In this document: positions 18,733 through 27,900 of the stretch, piece by piece
Numbering within the stretch: position 1 is the stretch's first letter
How the letters are laid out: the number at the start of each line of letters is the position of its first letter
Assembly: GCA_964533185.1 (NCBI GenBank)
Contig: CAZHLD010000002.1
Location: 59,791-123,790, forward strand
Length of the DNA stretch: 64,000 nucleotides
Direction of reading: 5' to 3'
DNA from: an uncultured Acidobacteriaceae bacterium
Lineage (GTDB): Bacteria > Acidobacteriota > Terriglobia > Acidiferrales > UBA7541
Notes under the pieces: generated by a model
The model's database searches: none
The model's input: only the letters and a program-made list of their open reading frames with translations
What the model was told of the DNA's origin: nothing
Made by a program: the position numbers and the translations under genes

Positions 18733-18812
18733 TTAGCTAGGCCGCATCAGAAAGTGGAGCGTTGCGTTCACGGGCCGGGACTGCCTCTTTCAGCCGCTGG
18801 TTGCGGGCTGCC

Positions 18813-19439
18813 TTACTTGCTGCCGGACGCGGCTGCTGGCGGCTGCTTTCGGAACTCAATGTCCATCGAAATCGTCACTTCGTCACCGACGACGACGGTT
18901 CCGGTCTCCAGTGTGCGGTTCCAGGCCACACCGAAATCCTTGCGACTGATTTTGACGGTAGCGGAGGCTCCGCGTACGGTCGCATTCCCAACCTGAATCG
19001 CAGGCGTTGGGCCTTCCACATCAAAGGTAACTTCCTTGGTCACGCCGCGGACGGTCAGGTCGCCGGTCATCTTCCAGCGACCCTCGCCCGCTGGCGTGAT
19101 CTGTTTGGAGCGGAAAGTCATCGTCGGGTTGGTTGCCACGTCCAGGAAATCGGCGCTCTTCGGGTGGGTGTCGCGGCGGGGTTCGCGGGTGTTTACCGTC
19201 GTCGCATCGATGGTGACTTCCACCGACGATTTGGTCATGTCCTTCTCATCCAGGGTGACCACTCCGGTCAGCTTGCTGAACTCTCCCCGTACAGTGGAAA
19301 TCATCAGGTGTCACACGGCAAACGTCGCCGCGGAGTGGGCCGGGTCGATTTGCCAGGTCGTGGCCTGTGCCCCGGATGGGGAAGGGCTGCCGAACAGAAA
19401 GGCAGTTACAAGAATCGCCGTAAACAGTGATTTCCTCAT
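18813..19439 (-). pseudogene. YceI-family periplasmic polyisoprenoid-binding protein with an in-frame TGA at 19311-19313
   Basis: MRKSLFTAILVTAFLFGSPSPSGAQA signal peptide (AGGAG before ATG 19439), then ...WQIDPAHSAATFAV*HLMISTVRGEFSKLTG.... Both halves are in one frame. The stop sits where YceI proteins normally carry R/K (F.V+H). Confidence 0.6.
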
Positions 19440-19510
19440 TGGTTTCTCCTTAACGCCTTGAATGTTGGAATCTCTTCTTACGTTACAAGAACGATGGTGC
19501 AACCGGGTGG

Positions 19511-19984
19511 CTACTCTGGCCGGGTCCCGTCCCGTTTTCGAGCCTGCTCGAGCAGGCTTACCAGCAGGCGCAGCCGGCGCACCGGAAGGCGTCGGAACTG
19601 CCATTGATGTAGCGAAGAAACCGGCTCATCGAGCTGCTTGAGCAGCCGAGAAGCCTGCGCGGTGATGCGGGAAGTCACTAGGCGCCGATCCCTGCGCTCG
19701 CGTGACCGGCTGACCAGTCCGCGGGCCTCCAGCCGGTCCAGGAGCCGTGTAATGTCCGGGTCGCGAGTGATCATCCGGACGGCGATCTCCCGGCAGGCGA
19801 GTCCCGCCGGGCCGGCGCCGCGGAGAATGCGCAGTACGTTGTATTGCGTTTGCGAGAGGCCGGAGTTCTTCAGCACGCCTTCGACTTCCCGGAGCAGAGC
19901 ATCCGCCGTGCGCAGGAGGAGGACAAAGGCCTCGCTCTCAAGCGAGAGGGTGTGGAGGACCTCCGACTGTGCTTTGCCGGCCAC
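19511..19984 (-). CDS. MarR-family transcriptional regulator
   Basis: Winged-helix pattern LSQTQYNVLRILRGAGPAGLACREIAVRMITRDPDITRLLDRLEARGLVSR. GTG start. Directly upstream of yceI. Confidence 0.8.
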   Translation of the reverse strand: MAGKAQSEVLHTLSLESEAFVLLLRTADALLREVEGVLKNSGLSQTQYNVLRILRGAGPAGLACREIAVRMITRDPDITRLLDRLEARGLVSRSRERRDRRLVTSRITAQASRLLKQLDEPVSSLHQWQFRRLPVRRLRLLVSLLEQARKRDGTRPE

Positions 19985-19997
19985 AGGGAGATATTAC

Positions 19998-20009
19998 TCG
20001 TTATAACGA
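19998..20009. promoter_or_regulatory. Perfect 12-bp palindrome TCGTTATAACGA, candidate MarR operator
   Basis: Self-complementary 12-mer located 14 nt upstream of the marR start codon, in an AT-rich intergenic region. Confidence 0.4.
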
Positions 20010-20194
20010 ATATTGTCAAGAGGACTGAAAACCTGGTAGTGGGCCAGTTTCTGAATAGGGCGTTTTTCAGGCGCAACCCATTACGTGTTCGGAAGGCTGT
20101 TCTCAACAAGAATCGGCCAATCGCGGCCATATGATCATTCTTTCCGAGATAGGGACCTCCGGGGAGTAATTCGATTCGCCGAGCTACAAAGCCA

Positions 20195-20947
20195 TCAATA
20201 CGACACACCTGGTGTCTTCCGCAGATACGTATTGCCAGTTAGCTGTTTGAGCATGAAGTCCGCCACATCAGCTCGGGAGATCTTTGCCGTGAAGAACCAG
20301 TGGCCAATGGTCATCCCATCTCGATAGACGCCTCTTCGCGGTCCATTTGTGAGGGCAGCGGGTCGCACAATCACCCACTCAAGCAAGCTGTCTTTGATGA
20401 TCCTCTCCTGAACCTCTTTGTCCGCAAAAATATTCCGTAGCAATAGTGGAATTAAAATAAAATTGTAGAGAAATCCCAACTGCCCTTTGCTATCGCCGAT
20501 GCCGAGCGAAGACTCGCAGACGAAGCGCTTGACGCGATGCTTTTGCATTGCTTGGATGATATTCCCGGTGCCGTCGGAGAGAGTGGTTTTCTTCCGTGAG
20601 AAGATCATCAACGCGAAGACCGGCACGCCAGCTCGAACAAGCCACGCAAATAGCTTGGATAACGGCACAACCGCGGCGAACACCTGGCAAATGATCGCAA
20701 TAATGACGATCGCTCCCGTGCGCACTCTTATGCCGAGAGTCGACAGCACAGCCTCTTGACCGTTGATCGCCGCCTCGACGGAGTCGTAGTTCGAGATGTT
20801 CCCTTTCACGACACTCAGATTCTTGTGTGTGGTTCGGACTTTCGTGGGGTCGCGCGCAAAAGCGGTTACAAGGTGTCCCTGCCCCAGCGCCTGTTCCACC
20901 AGAGCTTGGCCTGTTCCGCCGGTCGCACCGAATATGAGCAATTTCAC
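20195..20947 (-). CDS. Atypical NAD(P)H-binding (NmrA/BVR-B-like) protein with an inserted hydrophobic hairpin
   Basis: VKLLIFGATGGTGQALVEQAL Rossmann start (GTG 20947). A ~45-aa hydrophobic insert (GAIVIIAIICQVFAAVVPLSKLFAWLVRAGVPVFALMIF) lies between STLG and TLSDGTGNIIQAM. Confidence 0.65.
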   Translation of the reverse strand: MKLLIFGATGGTGQALVEQALGQGHLVTAFARDPTKVRTTHKNLSVVKGNISNYDSVEAAINGQEAVLSTLGIRVRTGAIVIIAIICQVFAAVVPLSKLFAWLVRAGVPVFALMIFSRKKTTLSDGTGNIIQAMQKHRVKRFVCESSLGIGDSKGQLGFLYNFILIPLLLRNIFADKEVQERIIKDSLLEWVIVRPAALTNGPRRGVYRDGMTIGHWFFTAKISRADVADFMLKQLTGNTYLRKTPGVSY

Positions 20948-21202
20948 TGTGGTTGCCCCACCGCCATATCCCACTACTATCTACGAACAATCAGCCGGAA
21001 AGTATCGAATCTTCTCGACTCGCGCTTTTTCTGCCGTCGTCTCCAGATCGATGGCCTTGTGCTCGCCGACTTCCACTTTCCAGGTGATTCTTGACGTGCA
21101 ATCCCATTGCACGAGCAATTTCATGGGCAAGGCAGCCCTCAGAGCGGATTGGGAATGAAAAGTCGCCTTCTCGGAAACTGGCCCACTACCGAAAGCCTCG
21201 CA

Positions 21203-21922
21203 CTAGGGCTTCTGCGTCGGGCGCAGGTGCACTTCGCTGATGAAACTCTGCGGGGCTTGCGTCACCAGCATGGCCACGGCATGGGCCACGTCTTCGGGAC
21301 GAAGCATCCTGGCGGGATCCTTGCCCGTGTGCGGCGAGAAGTCCGTATTCACCGTACCCGGGCAGATGCTGCTGACGCGGATGCCGTATCCACGCAAGTC
21401 TTCGGCCATACAGCCGGTCAGCCCCTGCAATCCCCACTTCGACGCGCAGTAAATGCTGCCGCCCGGGAAAGTATTTTGGCCGGCCAGCGAGCTGATGTTG
21501 ATAATGTGGCCTGCGCGGAGGCGGATCATTCCCGGAACCACGGCCTGGCTGACCAGGAACACGGCCTTCAAATTGGTGTCAAATACAGTGTCCCAATCTG
21601 CTTCGGTGAGTTGCTGAAAGGGGCCGAAGACACCCGTGCCGGCGTTGTTCACCAGGATGTGGATGGGTCCGAAGGTTTTCTCAACCTCTTTGACCAGTGA
21701 CTGGACCTGTTCGGGTTTCGTAACGTCGGCGACGATGGCCAACGCTTCGGTGCCCTCGCGGCGCAGGGAATCGGCTGCCTGGGTAAGAGTCTTCTCATTG
21801 CGCGCACACAGCGCCACGCGAGCGCCCATTCGTCCTAGCTGTCGGGCGATGGCCAGTCCGATGCCGCGGCTCGCGCCGGTGACCAGCGCCACTTGGTTGT
21901 TCAGGGGTTTGTGGTTGTTCAT
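21203..21922 (-). CDS. Classical short-chain dehydrogenase/reductase
   Basis: TGASRGIG, NNAG, and YCASK (YxxxK). The start was chosen at MNNHKPL, 11 aa before the glycine motif. Confidence 0.85.
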   Translation of the reverse strand: MNNHKPLNNQVALVTGASRGIGLAIARQLGRMGARVALCARNEKTLTQAADSLRREGTEALAIVADVTKPEQVQSLVKEVEKTFGPIHILVNNAGTGVFGPFQQLTEADWDTVFDTNLKAVFLVSQAVVPGMIRLRAGHIINISSLAGQNTFPGGSIYCASKWGLQGLTGCMAEDLRGYGIRVSSICPGTVNTDFSPHTGKDPARMLRPEDVAHAVAMLVTQAPQSFISEVHLRPTQKP

Positions 21923-22047
21923 CCGTGCAACCCGGTGGGGCGACCATTCGCCGCACGACCTCATCTTAACATCTGAGCGTTTGCAACAGAGTAGAGGTCG
22001 CGGCTAGTTACGTCGGGCGCTGCTGGAATCTTTTGAGGGAAACTCGC

Positions 22048-22082
22048 TTGCGCCGCATGGAGGGATTCCCTATAATCCCTCA
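22048..22082 (+). promoter_or_regulatory. Candidate promoter (TTGCGC-17 nt-TATAAT) with the -10 box embedded in a 9-bp inverted repeat
   Basis: TATAAT at 22071-22076. TGAGGGATT (22059-22067) and AATCCCTCA (22074-22082) are perfect reverse complements. About 95 nt upstream of ATG 22171. Confidence 0.45.
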
Positions 22083-22170
22083 GTTTTGTGCTTTGAGTGG
22101 CTCGATGCAAACTGTCCGGGCAATTGTATCGTACAAGAATAAGGGAATTTGCCGAGGAGGCAGGAAGAAG

Positions 22171-23598
22171 ATGATGCGACAGTGGATGAAGGCGGGCGCG
22201 GGGCTAGCGTTGGTGGCGTCGTTGGCGATCGGGGCCGCGCCGGCCGCGTGGGCCATGCCGCAAGAGGCGCAACAGCAGAAGCAGACCTACTCGCGCCAGG
22301 AGTACGACGCCTACAATGCCGCGGTCAATGAGAAGAATCTGCAGCAGCGGCTCAGACTCCTAGAAGAGTTCGTCACTAAGTATCCCAATGTATCCCCGGA
22401 GCTGCTGCTCCCTGCCTACCGCTCGTACGTCCTGACCTATAACGAGCTGCGGAACTTCCCTAAAGTGATCGAGTATGCAGACAAGATGTTGAGCTTTTCG
22501 ACCCACCTCGATGCGGCGGGCAAGGTCGAGCCACTTTACCTCCGCACCCTGGCATACAACAACTTGCCATATAACGAAAAGGATCCCGCTGCCCGTGAGC
22601 AGGCGCAAAAGGCCCGCGATGCAGCGCTCCAGGGACTGCAGGCGCTTAGCGCCCTGCAGAAGCCGGAGAATGTGACCGACGAGCAGTTTGCACAGAACAA
22701 GAAAGGCCCCCAGACGCTTTTCAACTACACCGCGGGCGTCACCGCGATGCGCACTAAGAACCCCAAGGCGGCGGTTGATTCCTTCAAGGCGGCCATCGTG
22801 CTTGATCCAAACGGGGGTGCCGTCACGTATTTCCAATTAGGCGTCGCCAATCTGCAGACGGAGCCGCCCAATTACATGGACGCCTTCTGGGCGCTGGCGC
22901 GGTCGATTGCATTGAAGGGGCCGGGCGAAGCTCAGGTTCGAAACTATCTGCGCAACCAGATGCTGCGCTACCAGCAGCCCTCCTGCGACAAGCTGCTCGA
23001 CGCAGAGATGAACGAGCTGCTCACTCTGGCGGCCGGCTCGGCCGACCGTCCGGCCAGCTACAAGATCTACAGCTCGGCAGAGCTGGACGCTGCGCGCCAG
23101 GGCATGACTGTGCTTTCGGTGATCAACGATTTAAAAGCGGGCGGCGACAAGGCCAGGCTCATCTGGCTGGCCGCCTGCGGCCTAGAATTCCCCGACGTTC
23201 CCGGGAAAATCATCGAGGTAATTGAATCCCCCGTCAAAGAGCTTGCGAGGGTGACAACGCCGGAGACACCCAGCAAGGACATTGCCCGCATTGTCTCGCC
23301 CACCACCATCTTGCTTAGGCTCTATCTGGGGGCTACGGATGAGGAGATTCAGGCTGCGACCACGCCGAACATGGAGGTCAAGGTGGTCGGTCAGCCCGAG
23401 GCCGCGCGGCTTCAGAAGGACGAAGGCGCCCGGTTTACAGGGACTCTGGCTTCCTACGATCCCGAACCGTTCATGCTGCACTGGGATAAGGCCAGGGTGA
23501 ACGCCGAGGACATACCGGTAGAGAAGCCGCAGCCCGGCAAACAGCCCGCGAAAAAAGCTCCGACGAAACGGCCTCCAGTCAAAAAGCCCGGCCGCTGA
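22171..23598 (+). CDS. Secreted helical-repeat (TPR-like) protein with a Lys/Pro-rich C-terminal tail, function unknown
   Basis: AGGAGG before ATG 22171. Signal peptide MMRQWMKAGAGLALVASLAIGAAPAAWA. The tail reads EKPQPGKQPAKKAPTKRPPVKKPGR. Confidence 0.6.
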   Translation: MMRQWMKAGAGLALVASLAIGAAPAAWAMPQEAQQQKQTYSRQEYDAYNAAVNEKNLQQRLRLLEEFVTKYPNVSPELLLPAYRSYVLTYNELRNFPKVIEYADKMLSFSTHLDAAGKVEPLYLRTLAYNNLPYNEKDPAAREQAQKARDAALQGLQALSALQKPENVTDEQFAQNKKGPQTLFNYTAGVTAMRTKNPKAAVDSFKAAIVLDPNGGAVTYFQLGVANLQTEPPNYMDAFWALARSIALKGPGEAQVRNYLRNQMLRYQQPSCDKLLDAEMNELLTLAAGSADRPASYKIYSSAELDAARQGMTVLSVINDLKAGGDKARLIWLAACGLEFPDVPGKIIEVIESPVKELARVTTPETPSKDIARIVSPTTILLRLYLGATDEEIQAATTPNMEVKVVGQPEAARLQKDEGARFTGTLASYDPEPFMLHWDKARVNAEDIPVEKPQPGKQPAKKAPTKRPPVKKPGR

Positions 23599-23613
23599 AA
23601 CCTGCAAGAATCA

Positions 23614-23657
23614 AAACGCCCCGGTCCGATATCCCGGATCGGGGCGTTTCTGTTTTC
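23614..23657. terminator. Bidirectional intrinsic terminator between convergent genes
   Basis: 15-bp stem (AAACGCCCCGGTCCG / CGGATCGGGGCGTTT, one G-U pair) with a 6-nt loop. It is followed by TCTGTTTTC on the + strand and TTTTGATTC on the - strand. Confidence 0.6.
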
Positions 23658-23690
23658 AGACCGGAGGCCTACGGTGACAACGAGGAGGCG

Positions 23691-23909
23691 TCAGAAATGG
23701 CGCCGGCGGTGTTCGAGCTTATAAAGACCGATCTTGCGGCTGAGCGTGTTGCGATGGATGCCCAGAATGCGCGCAGCGCGCGACTGGTTGCCGTTCGAAC
23801 GGTCCAGCGCCCGCCTGATGAACTTCTTTTCGAATTCGGTGATCGCTTCGTCAAAGAGAATGCCGCGATCCACCATCTGGCCGATGAGAGCTTCGAGTTG
23901 ATCTTTCAC
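23691..23909 (-). CDS. Stand-alone Fis-type (HTH_8) DNA-binding protein
   Basis: 72 aa. ...GNQSRAARILGIHRNTLSRKI... is the Fis/NtrC C-terminal HTH. Confidence 0.7.
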   Translation of the reverse strand: MKDQLEALIGQMVDRGILFDEAITEFEKKFIRRALDRSNGNQSRAARILGIHRNTLSRKIGLYKLEHRRRHF

Positions 23910-23950
23910 GTTCGCACGCTCCGCAGGGATACTTTGTTTGTGGCTCCCAC

Positions 23951-24850
23951 TCAGGCGAGCTCGTGACCCGTCAGTTTCCGGTAGGCTTCCCGGTATTTCG
24001 ATTGCGTGGCTGCGACCACCTCACCGGGCAGTTCGGGCGCCGGCGGCTGCTTCGACCAGCCGATGCGCTCCAGGTAGTCGCGCACGTACTGCTTATCAAA
24101 GGAAGGTTGTCCCCGGCCCGGCTCGTAACTTTCCGCGGGCCAGAAACGCGAAGAATCGGGCGTCAGCGCCTCGTCGATCCAGAAAAGCTCGTCCTTGATC
24201 AGTCCGAACTCAAACTTCGTGTCTGCGATCAGGATTCCGCGCGGCTCGGCCAGCGCCACCGCGCGACGGTAAAGCTCCAGACTGATTTCGCGCACGCGCT
24301 CGGCCAGTTCCTGCCCGACCCGTGCGGCCGCCTCGTCAAACGTAATGTTTTCATCGTGGCCGGAGGTCGCCTTGGTCGCCGGGGTGAATATCGGTTCAGG
24401 TAAACGGTCGGACTCGCGCAGGCCCGGCGGCAGGGCAATTCCGCAAATATGGCCGCTTGTCCGATAGTCCTTCCAGCCCGACCCCGATAGATACCCCCTC
24501 ACAACACATTCAATCGGAAGGGGTTGCGTGCGGCGGCAGAGCATCGCCCGGCCTTGAAGCTGTTTCCGGTAAGGCGCCAGCGGCCCCGTAAAATCGGTGG
24601 CCGTCAGGACATGGTTGGGAACCACCTCGCGAAGCGTTTCGAACCAGAAGAGCGAAAGCTGCGTGAGCACACGCCCCTTGCCAGGGATTGGCGTGGGCAG
24701 CACCACGTCAAACGCAGAGAGCCGATCCGTGGCCACGATCAGAAGGTCTTCGCCAACTTCGTAGAGGTCGCGCACTTTTCCGCGGGAACGAAGCTGCAGG
24801 GCGGGAAAATCTGTCTGCCAGACGACCGCGCTCATTGAAGGAGAAGCCAC
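23951..24850 (-). CDS. purC: Phosphoribosylaminoimidazole-succinocarboxamide (SAICAR) synthase
   Basis: GKVRDLYEVGEDLLIVATDRLSAFD and downstream PurC motifs. 299 aa. Confidence 0.9.
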   Translation of the reverse strand: MASPSMSAVVWQTDFPALQLRSRGKVRDLYEVGEDLLIVATDRLSAFDVVLPTPIPGKGRVLTQLSLFWFETLREVVPNHVLTATDFTGPLAPYRKQLQGRAMLCRRTQPLPIECVVRGYLSGSGWKDYRTSGHICGIALPPGLRESDRLPEPIFTPATKATSGHDENITFDEAAARVGQELAERVREISLELYRRAVALAEPRGILIADTKFEFGLIKDELFWIDEALTPDSSRFWPAESYEPGRGQPSFDKQYVRDYLERIGWSKQPPAPELPGEVVAATQSKYREAYRKLTGHELA

Positions 24851-24979
24851 AGGAAGTTTAGTCCCCCGAAGAGGGAGCGTATTCTAGCGCACGAAGTTGC
24901 AATGTCAACGGAGAAGAAAAAAAGAATGAGGAAAACTCTGTGAGCGGCGCGAAGCCAAAGGCAGTGAAGGAGTTCCGCG

Positions 24980-27900
24980 TCAGGCGGCGTTCGAAGCAAC
25001 TGCTGCCTTGGCGTTTTTCTCTTCGGGCGTGGCGGTCTCTTCCCAGCGCACGGAGACGAGCTTGGAGACACCCGGCTCCTGCATCGTCACGCCGTAGAGC
25101 ACGGGCGCCATTTCCATCGTGCGCCGGTTGTGCGTGACGATGATGAATTGCGTCTGCGCGCTCATCTCGCCCACGAGTTTTGTGAAGCGGCCCACGTTGG
25201 CTTCGTCGAGCGGCGCGTCCACCTCGTCCAGGATGCAGAACGGGCTCGGCTGATAGCGGAAGATTGCAATTAGCAGCGCCAGAGCGGTCATCGCCTTTTC
25301 ACCACCCGAAAGCAGCAGCACGTTTTGCAGCCGCTTGCCCGGCGGCTGCGCGACCACGTCGATGCCCGGCTCTCCCGAGCTGTCGGCTTCGGTCAGGCGC
25401 ATCTCGCCGTGGCCCCCGCCGAACAGCGTGGAGAATGCCACCGCAAAGTTCGCATTGATAATGGCGAAGGCCTCTTCAAACTTCTGACGGGAGACCTGGT
25501 CCAGCTCCGCAATCGCCTGCTGCGTATCGGCAATCGATTGCAGCAGGTCGTCGCGCTCGCGGCTCAGAAACGTGAAGCGCTGCTCGCATTCGTTGTACTC
25601 CTCGAGCGCCATCATGTTTACCGGGCCCATCGCCTCGATGCGCGCCTTCATCTCGCGGAAGTTGGTCTCGGCGGCCACAAGCTCTTCGCCAGTGAGCAGG
25701 GAAGTCTCCTGCGCAATCAAATCCTCTGGATGAACGTTCAGCTCGCTAAGCGAAGTTTGGCGAAGATGCTCGCGGTCGGCATCGTTGCGTGCGCGCTCGA
25801 CCTCATGCCGGCTGCGCTCCTCGCGCAGATCGCCCAGCTTTTGGCGCGACACGCGCAGAGCGTCGTCCACCTCGACTGTGCGCACGCGCGCCTGCTCCCA
25901 TTCCTGTTCGAGCTCGGCCTTGCGCAGATCCAGCCGTGCCTTCTCCTCGCGGAGCGCTTCGGCCTGCCGCTGTTGCTCGGCGGTCTGGAGGGCAAGCTCC
26001 TGCCGCTCCTGGATCAGAGTTGTCTGCTGCCCTCGCAGCGTGCTTTCCCTCCCTCGGACCTCGCGCTGCTCTTCTTCGAGCCGCGAGCGCAGCGATTCGG
26101 CGCTCGCCAGCCGTTCGGAGAGCGTTGCCATCTCTGCGCGCTGCCGGGCGATCTTTTCCTGCGTCGTTGTGATTTCCTGGCGGAGCTCAGTCAGCTTCTG
26201 GCCCAGCCGGGTCGTCTCTTCTTCGGCGCCGCTGCGTGAAAGGCTCGCAGCGGCGTGGCGCTCGCGGGCCTGTATCGCGCGAAGCTGCGCTGAGCGGGTC
26301 TCGTTGCGCAAGCGCTCGAGTTCCTTCTGGCAGGCGGCCAGCTCCATGCCCATCCGTACCAGTTCGGCGAGTGCCTGGTCACGCTGGTGCGTCATCGCAA
26401 CCACGGCCTTTTCCGCCTCCATCTGCCGGGCGGTCGATTCTTCCAGCACGCGCTCGGTCGCGGAAAGGTCTTCCTCGATCCGCCGCAACTGGACCTGCGC
26501 CTCGGCCGTTTCCCGCTCGCGCTGGTGAATCTCGGTATCGAGCGCCCGCAGTTCGCGCTTCATTCCCAGCGGACCCGCTTCGGCGGGCCGGCCGCCGGTC
26601 ACCATGCGCCCCTGGTACGTCGTACCGTCCAGCGTGACGAAGTGGAATTGCGGGTTCTCTGCCGCCAGTTTTTCAGCCGCCCCGGCCGTTTCCACCAAAA
26701 ACGCGGACCGCAACCGCGGCAGGAACTGCTTCGCCGCCGCGCCCAGCGGGTCGCGGAACTCGACGAGCTTATCCATTCGCGAAACGACCGCATCGCTCGG
26801 GCGGAACAGGATAATCGGTTCGTGCTCGGAGAGCTTCAGGTTGCGCAGCGAATCCACGAAAAACGTCGCGCGTCCTCCGACTTCCTCCCGCAGCAAGGCG
26901 ATGCCGGCCCGCGCGTGGTCAAAGGTCTCCACCACGATGTATTCCAGCTCATCGCGGAGGAACTGCTCCACAGCGGCTTCGTACTGCTCTTCCACTTCAG
27001 CGTAATCGGCCAGAACGCCGACAGCGCGAAAGCCGCGCCCTTCGGCCGCACCATGCGAAGCGAAGAGTTTCTGCACCGCCTCGGCCGTGTAAGACCGGTC
27101 CTGCAGAATCTGTTCCAGTGACGCGCGACGCGCGCGCGCACCGGCCAGCGAATCGCGGGCAGAATCTGACCTGGCTTGTGTCTCCTGCTGGCTGCGGCGC
27201 AACTCGGCAATGCGCGACTGCGTCTCGCGGACAGCCTGTTCTAGGCTGCGCGCGCGCCCGGCGCTGGCCTGCCATCGCACCTCGGCGCTTTCCGAGCGCT
27301 CGCGGTGCTGGAGCGATTCCTCAAGCAGTGCCTGCTCTTTGTTCTCGGCGACAGCCAGTGATTCGCTCATGTGCAGCAGCGCCTGCTCGGCCTGAGCCTG
27401 TTCGCCGTGGAGGCGCGTCAGCTCATCGCCCAGTTGGCCGGCTGCTTCGCGCAGCCCGATGATGCGGGCTTCCGTTTCCTGCTCTGTTGCGACGAGCTGC
27501 GCTGCCTGCTCGGTCAATTGCTGCAGAAGCGCCCCAATGCGCCGCGTCTCTTCTTCGACCGCAGCCATCGCCTGCCGGTGAGAGCTAACGCGCGCTCCAA
27601 GCTGCTGCGCCTGCGACGTGGTCTGCTCCGTCTCCCCCAAAAGCTGCCGGCTGCGCGCTTCGAGCTCGGCGGCCCGCTGGCGGTTGAAGCCGATGCGGTT
27701 TTCGGCGCGGTCCAGTTCCAGCGCCGTCTGCCCCAGCGAGTTCTGGTTTTGCCGCAGCTCGGCCTCGAGTTCATAAGTCCGCGCGCTCAGACGCTCCTGC
27801 TCGGTCTCCATCTGTTCGAGTGCCTGGGTCTGTTGCGTTTCTGCGGCGCCGATTTCGCGAAGCAGGTTAGACAACCGCTCGGCTTCGAGGTCCAGTTCGC

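Noticed and set aside
19311-19313. Selenocysteine or programmed readthrough at the yceI TGA
   Set aside because: YceI is not a known selenoprotein family, and the position normally holds Arg/Lys rather than Cys. I see no convincing stem-loop directly 3' of the TGA. It is kept only as an alternative to test.
20981-21124. 47-codon minus-strand ORF (MKLLVQWDCTSRITWKVEVGEHKAIDLETTAEKARVEKIRYFPADCS) between the SDR and the NAD(P)H-binding gene
   Set aside because: It fits the operon spacing, but it is short, lacks a clear ribosome-binding site, and has no recognisable homology. Evidence is insufficient.
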